Assembly: GCA_963707025.1 (NCBI GenBank)
Contig: CAVPOM010000006.1
Coordinates: 737,191 to 801,190, forward strand
DNA from: an uncultured Verrucomicrobiae bacterium
GTDB lineage: Bacteria > Verrucomicrobiota > Verrucomicrobiia > Limisphaerales > Palsa-1400
DNA length: 64,000 bases
Reading direction: 5' to 3'
How positions within the stretch are numbered: the first letter of the stretch is position 1; each line of letters begins with the position of its first letter. The position numbers were made by a program, and so were the translations under genes. Below the pieces are notes generated by a model, which saw nothing but the letters and a program-made list of their open reading frames with translations, was not told the origin of the DNA and made no database searches. This document shows, piece after piece, positions 38,401 through 47,643 of this stretch.

Positions 38401-38941
38401 ACCCCGCCAAAAACAAGGCGAAACCACAGATCGGAGTGTTCCGCAAGGATCCGGACTTCGGAAATTACCCCAGCAAAAACAAGGCGAAACGACAGACCCC
38501 GAGCCTGGAATCCTGTGGGTCAAAGATTTCGAAAGAACCATAGACTACCTGGAAACCCGTCCAGACGAGTTCGACACCCACAAGCTGGCCTATGAAGGAA
38601 TGAGCAGGGGAGGCCGCTGGGGCGGCGTTTTGCCTGCCATTGAGACCCGGATTAAGGTCGTGGTCCTGGTTAGCGGCGGCCTGAACGCCGCCATGCCCCC
38701 GGAATGCAGCCAGGTTAACTTCGCTCCTCGAATCAAGATTCCGATCCTCATGCTGAATGGCAGATGGGATTCAACCTTTCCGCTTGAATCGAGCCAAAAA
38801 CCCCTTCTGGGGCTCTTCGGCACGGCGGAAAGGGACAAGCAGCTTAAGATTTACGAAGCCAGCCACAACGTCTGGGCTTTAAACGAAGCCCACAAAGATG
38901 AGCTCGATTTCCTGGACAAATATCTTGGCCCCGTGAAATGA
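35485..38941 (+). pseudogene. Ser/Thr protein kinase fused to TM/coiled-coil, PEGA-like, FGE-sulfatase (SUMF1)-like and alpha/beta-hydrolase domains; one frame change near 36150-36165
   Basis: ORF 35485..36180 (N-terminal EREIEVFNAALELP..., GEGGCGMVY, HRDIKPSNILV) joins ORF 36164..38941 (PKVIDFGIAKA...GTPAYMSPEQ). Later motifs are YEVSNRRYRDFV...YPVAGVSWYEAAAYAEFAG...FGFRCMKP (FGE-like) and a C-terminal hydrolase-like region (YEGMSRGG). The junction DGVA/(V)PKVIDFG implies a 1-nt change. Confidence 0.85.
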
Positions 38942-39244
38942 GGAACCCCTGGCGATATGACTTACGTGCCCGAAAGCTAAAGGACGCCGCCGCAGTGAAA
39001 CTATGGAACTTGGCGAGCGGTCGTAAGGTCATTACTTTTAAGGCCGATATCCCTCTGTTGTAAGATGCTGACCGGCAGGCGGCCGGCATTCCCCCTGCCG
39101 GACCGAGCTGGATTCAGGCAAATAATTTGCCCCTTTGTCCCCGCCATTTCGCACTGGTTAACGATGGGCAAACTTGTCCACCGATTAAAAATTAAAAACC
39201 GGCCTGCGGGCCCCAACAAAAACAACAAAGTGAAGGAGTAAATT

Positions 39245-40279
39245 ATGAAACAGACAAATGACATCAACAACAGAACACAAACCGGGTCGGCACCGGCGGA
39301 CGAAATCGCTGTACTGCCGGTTCGCCACTTGCAGGCGTCCGGTCGAGGATTATTGCCGAAGGCCGGAGTTATCGCCTTGCTGCTGGGGACGGGTTTGCTC
39401 ACGGCAATGGGGCAGACGCATCCACCGCAATATCGCTTCATCGAAATCCCGTTGCCCGTTCCGTCGTATGCTGTCGGCATCAACGACGAAGGACTCGTCA
39501 CGGGATTCTACCAGGATCCGACCACGGGTGACGTCTTCAGCTTCCAATCGCACCACGGCGACCTGATTACTGGCATCTCTGCCCCCGGAGCCACTTTCAC
39601 GGCCATCGGCCCCGCCAACAACTTCGGCTTTGAGGGCGGCAATGTAGGCAGCGAGACGACTTCGCTAGCGGTGCTCTATGACATTCGCCGCGGATCGTAT
39701 TTCTACCTTCCCGAAATCCCGGGTATGCCTTACAGCTTGGGCGATGGCGTTAATGACTTCGGCCACGCCTCTGGCATCGCGTACCCAAGCGGCGGTTTTT
39801 TTACCGGAGGCGTCGGCCTTGGCACGAGTTGGATCTGGGATGGCAAGGATTATACCTTTTTCGATGTCCCGGGCGCGGTCAATGGGACGGTGGCCGGCGG
39901 TATCAACGATTCGGACCAGGTAGCCGGCTTCTTCATAGACGCCTCGGGCTATCCGCAAGGGTTCGTCAAGCATGGCTCGCACTACACGACCTTTAATGCG
40001 CCCGGAGCGCTCTTGACCGTGGCCTTCGGCATCAACAATCAGGGCTTGGTGGCCGGCCTTTATGTGAACCCGGACGGCAGCCAACACGGTTACATCTGGT
40101 CCGACGGTAAATTCACCACCGTGGATGTGACCCTCCCAGCCGCGAAGAACGGGACCTTGTGGTACCAAGCCAATGACCAGGGAGACCTGGCCGGTGTTTA
40201 TTACGATTCCACCGGCGCGGAACATGCGATCATCGCCCTGCGCCTGGACGGAGACCGGGACCGGGACGACCGAAAGTAG
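39245..40279 (+). CDS. Secreted HAF-type extracellular repeat protein
   Basis: aaggag RBS 7 nt upstream. A hydrophobic N-terminal segment. Five or more repeats of the form G(I/V)ND.G.v.G (GINDEGLVTGFY, GVNDFGHASGIAY, GGINDSDQVAGFF, GINNQGLVAGLY, ANDQGDLAGVYY). Confidence 0.7.
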   Translation: MKQTNDINNRTQTGSAPADEIAVLPVRHLQASGRGLLPKAGVIALLLGTGLLTAMGQTHPPQYRFIEIPLPVPSYAVGINDEGLVTGFYQDPTTGDVFSFQSHHGDLITGISAPGATFTAIGPANNFGFEGGNVGSETTSLAVLYDIRRGSYFYLPEIPGMPYSLGDGVNDFGHASGIAYPSGGFFTGGVGLGTSWIWDGKDYTFFDVPGAVNGTVAGGINDSDQVAGFFIDASGYPQGFVKHGSHYTTFNAPGALLTVAFGINNQGLVAGLYVNPDGSQHGYIWSDGKFTTVDVTLPAAKNGTLWYQANDQGDLAGVYYDSTGAEHAIIALRLDGDRDRDDRK

Positions 40280-40341
40280 GCTCAATCCGCCAGCGCGCCT
40301 CATGCTGGCTCCGTCTCACCCTGGGATGCGGCAGCTTTTCA

Positions 40342-40380
40342 GGCCATGGTCCTGTGGAACAAACCCACAGGGCCATGGTT
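40342..40380. repeat. Strong inverted repeat / stem-loop
   Basis: ggccatggtcctgtgg-aacaaac-ccacagggccatgg gives a 14-bp stem (one G-U) and a 7-nt loop. It lies 63 nt after the HAF gene stop with no U-tract. Confidence 0.7.
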
Positions 40381-40502
40381 CTTCACCGGCACTGAAAGGA
40401 TTTTCCTGCCCGGCAACGAAATTGCCGACGTGATTTTTTTGTTTGCAGTATTGATGCCAAATTGACTGGCACAAGGCCGGGTAATTTGATAGCAGTCGCT
40501 GG

Positions 40503-41063
40503 TTGAGCGAATTTACCCAGATTCTTGAGTCTGTTGAGCGCGGCGATCCCAAGGCCGCAGATGAACTGCTGCCGCTGGTTTATGGAGAACTGCGCAAGCT
40601 GGCGGCGTCGAAAATGGCCAATGAAGCGCCCAATCAGACTTTGCAGCCCACGGCGCTGGTGCATGAAGTCTGGCTGCGGTTGGTGGGCAGCACGAATCCC
40701 AACTTCTCTGGCCGGGCTCATTTCTTCGGCGCCGCCGCCGAAGCCATGCGCCGCATTCTCATTGAGAAGGCCCGGCGCAAGCGCGCCCAACGGCATGGCG
40801 GGGACCAGCAACGCGTGGACCTTGAAAGTATTGAAGTGGCAGGGCCCGGTGACGACGACCAACTCCTCGCAGTAAACGACGCGCTCGACAAGCTCGCCGC
40901 CACCCACGCCCTCCAGGCCGAGGTGGTCAAGCTGCGCTATTTTGTGGGCATGACCAACCTTGAAGTCGCCCAGACCCTGGGTCTGTCCGAGCGCACCGTC
41001 AAGAATTACTGGACCCACGCCCGCGCCTGGCTCTTCCGCGAGATGCAAGCGCAACGGCCTTGA
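40503..41063 (+). CDS. ECF-type RNA polymerase sigma factor (kinase-associated ECF family, TIGR02999/ECF43-like)
   Basis: TTG start. N-terminal ILESVERGDPKAADELLPLVYGELRKLA. Region 2 ALVHEVWLRL. Region 4 HTH MTNLEVAQTLGLSERTVKNYWTHARAWL. Confidence 0.85.
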   Translation: MSEFTQILESVERGDPKAADELLPLVYGELRKLAASKMANEAPNQTLQPTALVHEVWLRLVGSTNPNFSGRAHFFGAAAEAMRRILIEKARRKRAQRHGGDQQRVDLESIEVAGPGDDDQLLAVNDALDKLAATHALQAEVVKLRYFVGMTNLEVAQTLGLSERTVKNYWTHARAWLFREMQAQRP

Positions 41064-41178
41064 CCCGGCTTGCCGCGGATCCCCGGAACCATGAAAAATC
41101 CGCCGGGCTTAACAGGGCCTTGCTGATTTCCGACGGTTTACGGAGATTTGGATGCGTCTGCCCCGCCGGGGAGAAGGA

Positions 41179-41814
41179 TCATGGGGCCAGACGGGCGACG
41201 TTCCACGAGCCATCGGGCTGGCGGGTGTAGAGAAAGCGGTCGTGCAAACGGCTGGGCCGGCCCTGCCAGAACTCGATTTCCCGGGGCACGACGCGGTAGC
41301 CGCCCCAAAATGAGGGAAGGGGCACCTGGCCCTGGCCGAATTTGCGCTTCATTTCCTCCCATTTCTGCTCCAGCAGGGAGCGGGTGGTAATGATGGAGCT
41401 TTGCGACGACACCCAGGCGCCCAGTTGGCTGCCGCGCGGGCGGGTGATGAAATAGGCCAGGGTTTCGGCCGTGGAAACCTTCTCCGCCGAGCCGCAGATG
41501 ATGACCTGGCGTTCCAGAGCCAGCCAGGGAAAGAGCAGGGAGACGTTGGGATTGTCCGCCATCTGACGGGCCTTGCGGCTCTGGAAATTAGTGTAAAAAA
41601 CGAAGCCGCGCTCATCATAACTTTTCAGCAGGACGGTGCGGACCAATGGACGCTGATCGGCCCCCGTCGTGGCCAGGCTCATGGCGTTTGGCTCGACGAC
41701 TTTGGCGTCCATCGCCTGCTGGAACCAAAGGGCAAACTGGTCCAGCGGACTTGGCTTGAGCTGGGCGCGGGCCAATTCACCGCGCGTGTATTCCGAGCGG
41801 ATTTCTATGTTCAT
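41179..41814 (-). CDS. pdxH: Pyridoxamine 5'-phosphate oxidase
   Basis: Start at MNIEIRSEY. Motifs RTVLLKSYDERGFVFYTNFQSRK, IEFWQGRPSRLHDR and C-terminal RLAP. Confidence 0.9.
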   Translation of the reverse strand: MNIEIRSEYTRGELARAQLKPSPLDQFALWFQQAMDAKVVEPNAMSLATTGADQRPLVRTVLLKSYDERGFVFYTNFQSRKARQMADNPNVSLLFPWLALERQVIICGSAEKVSTAETLAYFITRPRGSQLGAWVSSQSSIITTRSLLEQKWEEMKRKFGQGQVPLPSFWGGYRVVPREIEFWQGRPSRLHDRFLYTRQPDGSWNVARLAP

Positions 41815-41913
41815 GGCCTGGTCAATGATTCCGGCATGCGCCACGAGCGTTGCCCCGGGCCGTGAAAATGTCAAAAGGCAAAACGAATCAGGCCGGGCGG
41901 GACGCAGCAGCCG

Positions 41914-44490
41914 TCATGGGCGCAGAAGCTGTCGGCCGGGAGAGGTGGAATTGGCCTGGGACTGATTTCCAGCGTCACCCGGCCCCCATTTGGCCAGGGG
42001 CGGCAGCGGCGGCAGTTGCGTGCTGAAGCCGTGCTCGACCAGGAAAGGCTTGCTGGACAGGGTGAGAGAGGCCGGCCGCAAAGTGCCGCAGCGCGCACGC
42101 ACCGTGACGGCCCCGGCCACCAAGGTGGACCGCACGGCGACGCGGTTGATGCCGCACTCCACATCCAGAAAGGAATTGTTGATGGAGTTGGTTTTGCCGC
42201 TGTTGTAGCCGCCCCGCCAGACGCCGGGCCCGGCGAGGTCAAAATCCACCCGCTCCTGAAAGGTCGGACAACGTTGCCCGCCGGCATCCACCACTTCCAC
42301 GTCAATGAGCGCCACGTCCGATCCGTCGGCCTGGAAACCCAGCGGGCCGAGCAGGGGAGTCAAGCGCAGCGCCACGGGCGCGCCCGCCGTCCGCTTGGTT
42401 TCGGAGGCGGCGGGTTGGCGGTTGCGGTAAGCCACTGCTTTGATTTCACCCGCCTCCCAAGTCACGTCCGGAAAGGTGAAAAGGCAGCGCTCGGAAACCT
42501 GGCCGGGGCCGAGCGACCTGCCGTTGAGGAGTAGTTCAACCGACTCGCAGTTGGAGGTGACATAAACCGGTTTTTTCGTGCCGGCCGGGTAATTCCAGTG
42601 GCCGATGATATGGACCTGGGGATCATCCCGGAAGAGGGTGCGGCAAACATAATAGGCCTCCTTGGGCAGCCGCACACCGTCCACTTCGCCGCTGGCGCGC
42701 GCCACTTCGCAGCCCACCCGGCCGCCGCTGGTGGAATCGGAAAAGATCCAGTTGGCCCCGCCGCAGTGATTGGAGGCGCCCACCTTCTCCATATACTGCG
42801 CGACCTGGTTGACGGCGTATTGCTCGGAGGTCAATTGATAAGTCTGATCCCTGGCTTCCGGATAGCCGAAATGGGGCGGCGAAAAATCGTCCCACACCCG
42901 GCGCGGCGATTCCTCCCGGTCATACTCCCCCTCCACCACCGGCAAGGCGCGCACTTGCCGCTCGCCCTCGGTGCCGATGTCCACGTTCATAAACTGGCCG
43001 GTGACTTGATCGGCCCGGCGGTGGGCGTAAGCCCGGCCGCCGTGCGGGTCAAACAAATCCATGGTCGCGCGCAATTCGGCGGCGTGGTCGCGCGTGACTT
43101 TTTGGTTGCCTCCTTCCCAAATGATGATGGAAGGATGGTTGCGGTAGTACACAATCATGTCGCGGAAGGCCGAGGCGCGCAGTTTCCAGGCCTCCCCTTT
43201 GGCGTCGCCCTCGCCGTCCAGGCCGGGTTGATCCACCAGCAGCCCCAGTTGGTCGGCGCCGGTGATCTCCACTGGCGCGCCCGCGCAATGCCCCCAGCGG
43301 AGAAAATTGCCCCCCGCCTCCTTCATCAGGCCCAGGGTGAAATAATGCATCCAGTCCGGCTGGGCCGCGCCCAAGCCCGGCCACTCATCGGTGGGCCGTT
43401 GTCCCCAGCCGTGCAGTTTGAGGTGATGTCCGTTAATGTAAAATCCGGTGTCCAAATCCCACCGCACGCTGCGGATGCCGAAGGGCACTTCCGCAGTATC
43501 CGTCTGCTGCCCCCGCGCCGCCAGGGTGCAGAGGGCCGTGTATAAACTGGGATGCTCCGGCTCCCACAGGCGCGGGCCTTTGAGCGGCCCGGAGACCAGG
43601 AACATCTCCTGGGCTCCGGCGGCGATCTTTTGCCGGCCTGTCAGGGAGAGCACCGTTTTGCGGTCGCGGTCGAAAACGACCACGCGCAAGTCCACGGTTT
43701 CCGCGGACAGGCGGTCGTTTTGGACGGGCACTTCCAAATGAACCGTGGCGGACTTGTCGGCCACCTCGGTGCAATAGACATAGGGCCCGGCCGTGCCCAG
43801 GCTGCTGTAAAGCGGCAGGCTGATGTGCAGCGGATCGGTCACATGCAGGAAGACGTTGCGGTAAATGCCCCCGTGCGCCGGATGCCAATGCGGACTGTTC
43901 CACGGCAGCTCGGTCGCCGCGATTTTCGCCATGTCCGTCTCCAGGGTGAAGCGGTTGTCCGCCATGACCGCCAGCACATTGGAGCCTCCGCCGAAGAGCA
44001 GCTTGCCGGTCAGATCAAAGCCAAAGGGGAGAAAGCCGGTTTTGTTGGTGCCGAGCGGCTGGCCGTTCAAATAGACCTCGGCCACCTGGCGCACCGCCTC
44101 GAATTCCAAAATGATTTTCCTGTCCCGGTACGAATCGGGCAGGGTGAACGATTTGCGGTACCAGGTTCGCCCCGCCCATTGGTTGGTCTCGCCAATATGA
44201 CCTGGCACCGACCGATGATCAAAAGTATCCACGTCGTTGAAGGTGTGGGGCGCGGAAACGCCGGCCCAATCCTGATCGTTGAATCCGGGTTCAAAAGCTC
44301 CGGGCGGGTCGGCCTTGATGAATTTCCAGCCGGGGTTGAAATTTAATTTCACCCGGTCTCCCGGCGCCGCCCGCGCGGGAAAAGGGGCGATGGCCAGCCA
44401 GCACAGCGCCAGGGCGCAAAGCGTCCACCAGCATGTCCGGCCAAACAGATGGCAGTCTTCGTTCACGGTTCGGATTGGAAGTCGTCCCAT
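41914..44490 (-). CDS. Glycoside hydrolase family 2-like protein with signal peptide
   Basis: 858-aa intact ORF with GH2-like sugar-binding, Ig and TIM-barrel order (VYLNGQPLGTNKTGFLPFGFDLT; YRNHPSIIIWEGGNQ). Confidence 0.75.
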   Translation of the reverse strand: MGRLPIRTVNEDCHLFGRTCWWTLCALALCWLAIAPFPARAAPGDRVKLNFNPGWKFIKADPPGAFEPGFNDQDWAGVSAPHTFNDVDTFDHRSVPGHIGETNQWAGRTWYRKSFTLPDSYRDRKIILEFEAVRQVAEVYLNGQPLGTNKTGFLPFGFDLTGKLLFGGGSNVLAVMADNRFTLETDMAKIAATELPWNSPHWHPAHGGIYRNVFLHVTDPLHISLPLYSSLGTAGPYVYCTEVADKSATVHLEVPVQNDRLSAETVDLRVVVFDRDRKTVLSLTGRQKIAAGAQEMFLVSGPLKGPRLWEPEHPSLYTALCTLAARGQQTDTAEVPFGIRSVRWDLDTGFYINGHHLKLHGWGQRPTDEWPGLGAAQPDWMHYFTLGLMKEAGGNFLRWGHCAGAPVEITGADQLGLLVDQPGLDGEGDAKGEAWKLRASAFRDMIVYYRNHPSIIIWEGGNQKVTRDHAAELRATMDLFDPHGGRAYAHRRADQVTGQFMNVDIGTEGERQVRALPVVEGEYDREESPRRVWDDFSPPHFGYPEARDQTYQLTSEQYAVNQVAQYMEKVGASNHCGGANWIFSDSTSGGRVGCEVARASGEVDGVRLPKEAYYVCRTLFRDDPQVHIIGHWNYPAGTKKPVYVTSNCESVELLLNGRSLGPGQVSERCLFTFPDVTWEAGEIKAVAYRNRQPAASETKRTAGAPVALRLTPLLGPLGFQADGSDVALIDVEVVDAGGQRCPTFQERVDFDLAGPGVWRGGYNSGKTNSINNSFLDVECGINRVAVRSTLVAGAVTVRARCGTLRPASLTLSSKPFLVEHGFSTQLPPLPPLAKWGPGDAGNQSQANSTSPGRQLLRP

Positions 44491-44722
44491 CCGGCTTATC
44501 CTCTCTGAAGGCGCGGCCGAACGCCATTGAACATTCGTTCAATCCCATAAACTGGTGAGCCAAGGCAAGGGCAGGGGAGTGAGGGCCCAGGGAATGGGAA
44601 GAAGGTTTTTCAGGAGGATTCCTCTGAGCAGGATCCGTTGAGGTCACTTTCAGGCCCCGCTTGACGCCAGGCCGGGTTGGCCGCATGATGTGACGGCCGG
44701 GTAATTTCCACTATCCATTATT

Positions 44723-45946
44723 ATGAGCCTCGACAATCTTTATGCAAAATTGACAGTCAAGACCAAAGCCAAAATCGTCCTGGTGGTCCTGGATGGGTTG
44801 GGCGATCTGGCGACGGCGGAACAGGGTTTTCTCACCCCGCTGGAAGCGGCGCGCACGCCGAACCTGGATCCCCTGGCCCGGCTGGGAGCGCAAGGGCGCA
44901 TGATCCCGGTGGCGCCGGGCATCACCCCGGGCAGCGGGCCGGGGCATCTGGGGTTGTTCGGTTATGATCCCCTGGAATATGAAGTGGGGCGCGGCGTCAT
45001 TGAGGCGCTGGGACTGGGGCTGGAGTTGAAGGCGGGCGATATCGCCGCCCGCGCCAATTTTTGTACGCTGGACGAAAAAGGGATCGTGAGCGACCGCCGC
45101 GCCGGACGGATTGAAACCAAAGTCACCGAGGAACTGTGCGCGCGGCTGTCGCGCAAGGTCAAAAAAATCGGCGACGCCCAGGTCATCATCCAGCCGGGCA
45201 AGGGGCATCGCTTCGTGGTCATCTGGCGCGGGCCGGGCTTGGAAGGTCCGCTGACGGACGCGGACCCGAACCGGGAAGGAGCGCCCGTGCCGGTGGCCAG
45301 GGCGGTGGATCCCCAATCGGCCAGGCAACGGAAGACGGCGGAACTGGTGGCGGAATTCTATAAAGCGGTCTTGCCGGTGCTGGCGGGACAGCATCCGGCC
45401 AACGGTTTTTTGTTGCGCGGCATTGCCCATCGGCCGGCCATCCCGCTCTTTGAGGAGCGCTATCGCCTCAAGCCGGCCTGCCTGGCGGTTTATCCCATGT
45501 ACAAGGGGCTGGCCCAACTGGTGGGCATGACCAAGATCGAAGGACCGCAAACCATCGCCGAACAATTCCAGCGCTACCTGGCTGAATACGACCATTACGA
45601 CTATTTTTTCATCCACTACAAGTACACGGACATGTACGGGGAGGACGGCAATTTTGCCGCGAAGAAAAAAGCGATCGAGGAATTCGACGCGGCCCTGCCG
45701 GTGCTCCTGCAAAAGCGGCCCGAGGTTTTGGTCATCACCGGCGATCATTCCACCCCGTGCGCGCTCAAGGGCCACTCCTGGCATCCCCAGCCGGTCCTGC
45801 TCGTCTCGCCGCGCTCCGGTTCGGACAAGCTGGAGCGGTTTACCGAAACGGGCGCGAACCAGGGCTCGCTGGGCGTATTCGAGGCCAAGTATCTCATTCG
45901 CCTCATGCAAGCCAACGCGCTGATGTTTGACAAATTTGGCGCGTGA
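44723..45946 (+). CDS. apgM: Cofactor-independent phosphoglycerate mutase, archaeal-type (ApgM)
   Basis: 407-aa ORF with VLVVLDGLGD, PGSGPGHLGLFGYDP and ITGDHSTP. Confidence 0.82.
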   Translation: MSLDNLYAKLTVKTKAKIVLVVLDGLGDLATAEQGFLTPLEAARTPNLDPLARLGAQGRMIPVAPGITPGSGPGHLGLFGYDPLEYEVGRGVIEALGLGLELKAGDIAARANFCTLDEKGIVSDRRAGRIETKVTEELCARLSRKVKKIGDAQVIIQPGKGHRFVVIWRGPGLEGPLTDADPNREGAPVPVARAVDPQSARQRKTAELVAEFYKAVLPVLAGQHPANGFLLRGIAHRPAIPLFEERYRLKPACLAVYPMYKGLAQLVGMTKIEGPQTIAEQFQRYLAEYDHYDYFFIHYKYTDMYGEDGNFAAKKKAIEEFDAALPVLLQKRPEVLVITGDHSTPCALKGHSWHPQPVLLVSPRSGSDKLERFTETGANQGSLGVFEAKYLIRLMQANALMFDKFGA

Positions 45947-47235
45947 GTCTGCCCGCCCCGCCAGACCCGGAGACCAGCCCTTACGCGGTCCTGCGCAACC
46001 GCGATTTTCTTTTTTACGCGGTGGGGCGCTTCATCGCCTCCTTCGGGCAGCAGATGCTCACCGTGGCCGTCGGCTGGGAGCTCTACGAGCGGACCCACTC
46101 GGCGCTGGCCCTGGGATTCACGGGGCTGACGCAATTTCTGCCCATGGTGGCCATGACGCTGCCGGCCGGGCACTTCGCCGACACGCGCAGCCGCAAAGGA
46201 ATCATCATGGTGGCGCAAGGGGCGATGGCGGCGGCTTCGCTGGGACTGGCGCTGATTTCGTGGCGGCAGGCGCCCGTTTCCCTGGTCTATCTTTGCCTGC
46301 TGCTTTCCGGCGTGGCGCGCACTTTTCACTGGTCGGCCAGCGCGTCGTTTTTGCCGCTGTTGGTTTCGCGCGAGGAATTTCCCCGCGCCTTGAACTGGTC
46401 GTCCAGCACCTTTCAATTCTCGGCCGTGACCGGTCCGGCGGTGGGCGGCCTGCTCATCGGCTGGCTGGACAGCGCGCTGGTCGTCTATCTGTTCAATGCC
46501 GTGGCGGCACTGGTTTGCCTGATGCTGATCGCCTGCGTGCGGGCCCATCACAAGCCGGTGGTGAAGGAAACACCTTCCCTGAAGGCGCTGCTGGGCGGGT
46601 TCGATTTTGTGTTCAAGCACCGCATCATTCTGGGGATGATCAGCCTGGACCTTTTTGCGGTTTTGTTCGGCGGGGCGGACATGCTGCTGCCGATTTACGC
46701 GAAGGATATTTTGCACGTCGGCCCGCGCGGACTGGGATGGCTGCGGGCGGCGCTGCCGGCCGGATCGCTGCTTTGCGCGCTGATCGTGGCCCATCTTCCG
46801 ATCTTCACCAGGGCTGGGCGCGCCCTGGTTTGGGCGGTGGTGGTGTTCGGCCTGGCCACCATCGGTTTTGGCCTCTCCCGCTTGTTCTGGCTCTCGCTGG
46901 CGATGCTCTTCATCTGCGGCATGGCCGACACCATCAGCATCCTGGTGCGCCACACTTCGGTGCAATTGCTCACGCCGGACGAGATGCGGGGCCGGGTCTC
47001 GTCAGTCAACAATCTGTTCATCAGCACCTCCAACGACTTGGGCGGGTTTGAGTCCGGTTCGGTCAGCTATTTCTTTGGCCCGGTTTTTTCCGTGGTCTTC
47101 GGCGGCCTGGCCTCCATCGTGGTGGTGGCGGTGGTGTGCTGGCTGCTCCCAGAAATCCCGCGTTACGGCAGGCTGGTGCAACCGGCCCCGCCGTCCCTTC
47201 CGGGTGCGGACGGGCCGGGGGCGAACACGGCTTAA
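45943..47235 (+). CDS. MFS transporter
   Basis: 430-aa polytopic ORF whose start overlaps the apgM stop. MFS-like loop GHFADTRSRKG. Confidence 0.78.
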   Translation: MSLPAPPDPETSPYAVLRNRDFLFYAVGRFIASFGQQMLTVAVGWELYERTHSALALGFTGLTQFLPMVAMTLPAGHFADTRSRKGIIMVAQGAMAAASLGLALISWRQAPVSLVYLCLLLSGVARTFHWSASASFLPLLVSREEFPRALNWSSSTFQFSAVTGPAVGGLLIGWLDSALVVYLFNAVAALVCLMLIACVRAHHKPVVKETPSLKALLGGFDFVFKHRIILGMISLDLFAVLFGGADMLLPIYAKDILHVGPRGLGWLRAALPAGSLLCALIVAHLPIFTRAGRALVWAVVVFGLATIGFGLSRLFWLSLAMLFICGMADTISILVRHTSVQLLTPDEMRGRVSSVNNLFISTSNDLGGFESGSVSYFFGPVFSVVFGGLASIVVVAVVCWLLPEIPRYGRLVQPAPPSLPGADGPGANTA

Positions 47236-47258
47236 AAGTGAGAGTGGAACAACCCGGA

Positions 47259-47621
47259 TCAAGCGCCCGCCGCTCCCGCCGCGCCGGCGGAGGCGTCGCC
47301 TCCCGACGATCTCCGGGCGGCCATGGCCGCGAAGGCAGCCGTGGCGGGTGCGGGCGGCCCCCCGGGCAGGCAGATGGAGGCAATTCCGTAACCATATCCT
47401 TTGAGTTCATTGCGCCAGAGGATTTGGCCCGAAAACAAATCAAGGCAGTGAAATTGCCCATGAGCGCAAGCGAAAACGCGGCGGTCATCGCAACTGAGCG
47501 TGACAAACCCGTCTCCCAGCCCGCCCGGAAGCTCGGTTGTCCAAACCATCTGACCGTCGTTCCTGCCCGGGGCGGCGACGCGATTTTTAAGGCCGAGGAA
47601 TACGAAGTCACTGGCATTCAT
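47259..47621 (-). CDS. Small hypothetical protein with one or two PQQ/beta-propeller-like repeats
   Basis: 120-aa ORF starting 23 nt after the secretin stop. DGQMVWTTEL and SGQILWRNEL resemble PQQ-like propeller repeats. The function call is weak. Confidence 0.4.
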   Translation of the reverse strand: MNASDFVFLGLKNRVAAPGRNDGQMVWTTELPGGLGDGFVTLSCDDRRVFACAHGQFHCLDLFSGQILWRNELKGYGYGIASICLPGGPPAPATAAFAAMAARRSSGGDASAGAAGAAGA

Positions 47622-47643
47622 AACGGCGCCTTGGAGCGAATTG

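Noticed and set aside
39001-39501. 166-aa minus-strand ORF
   Set aside because: It is antisense to the start of the HAF-repeat gene and to intergenic DNA, with no supporting features.
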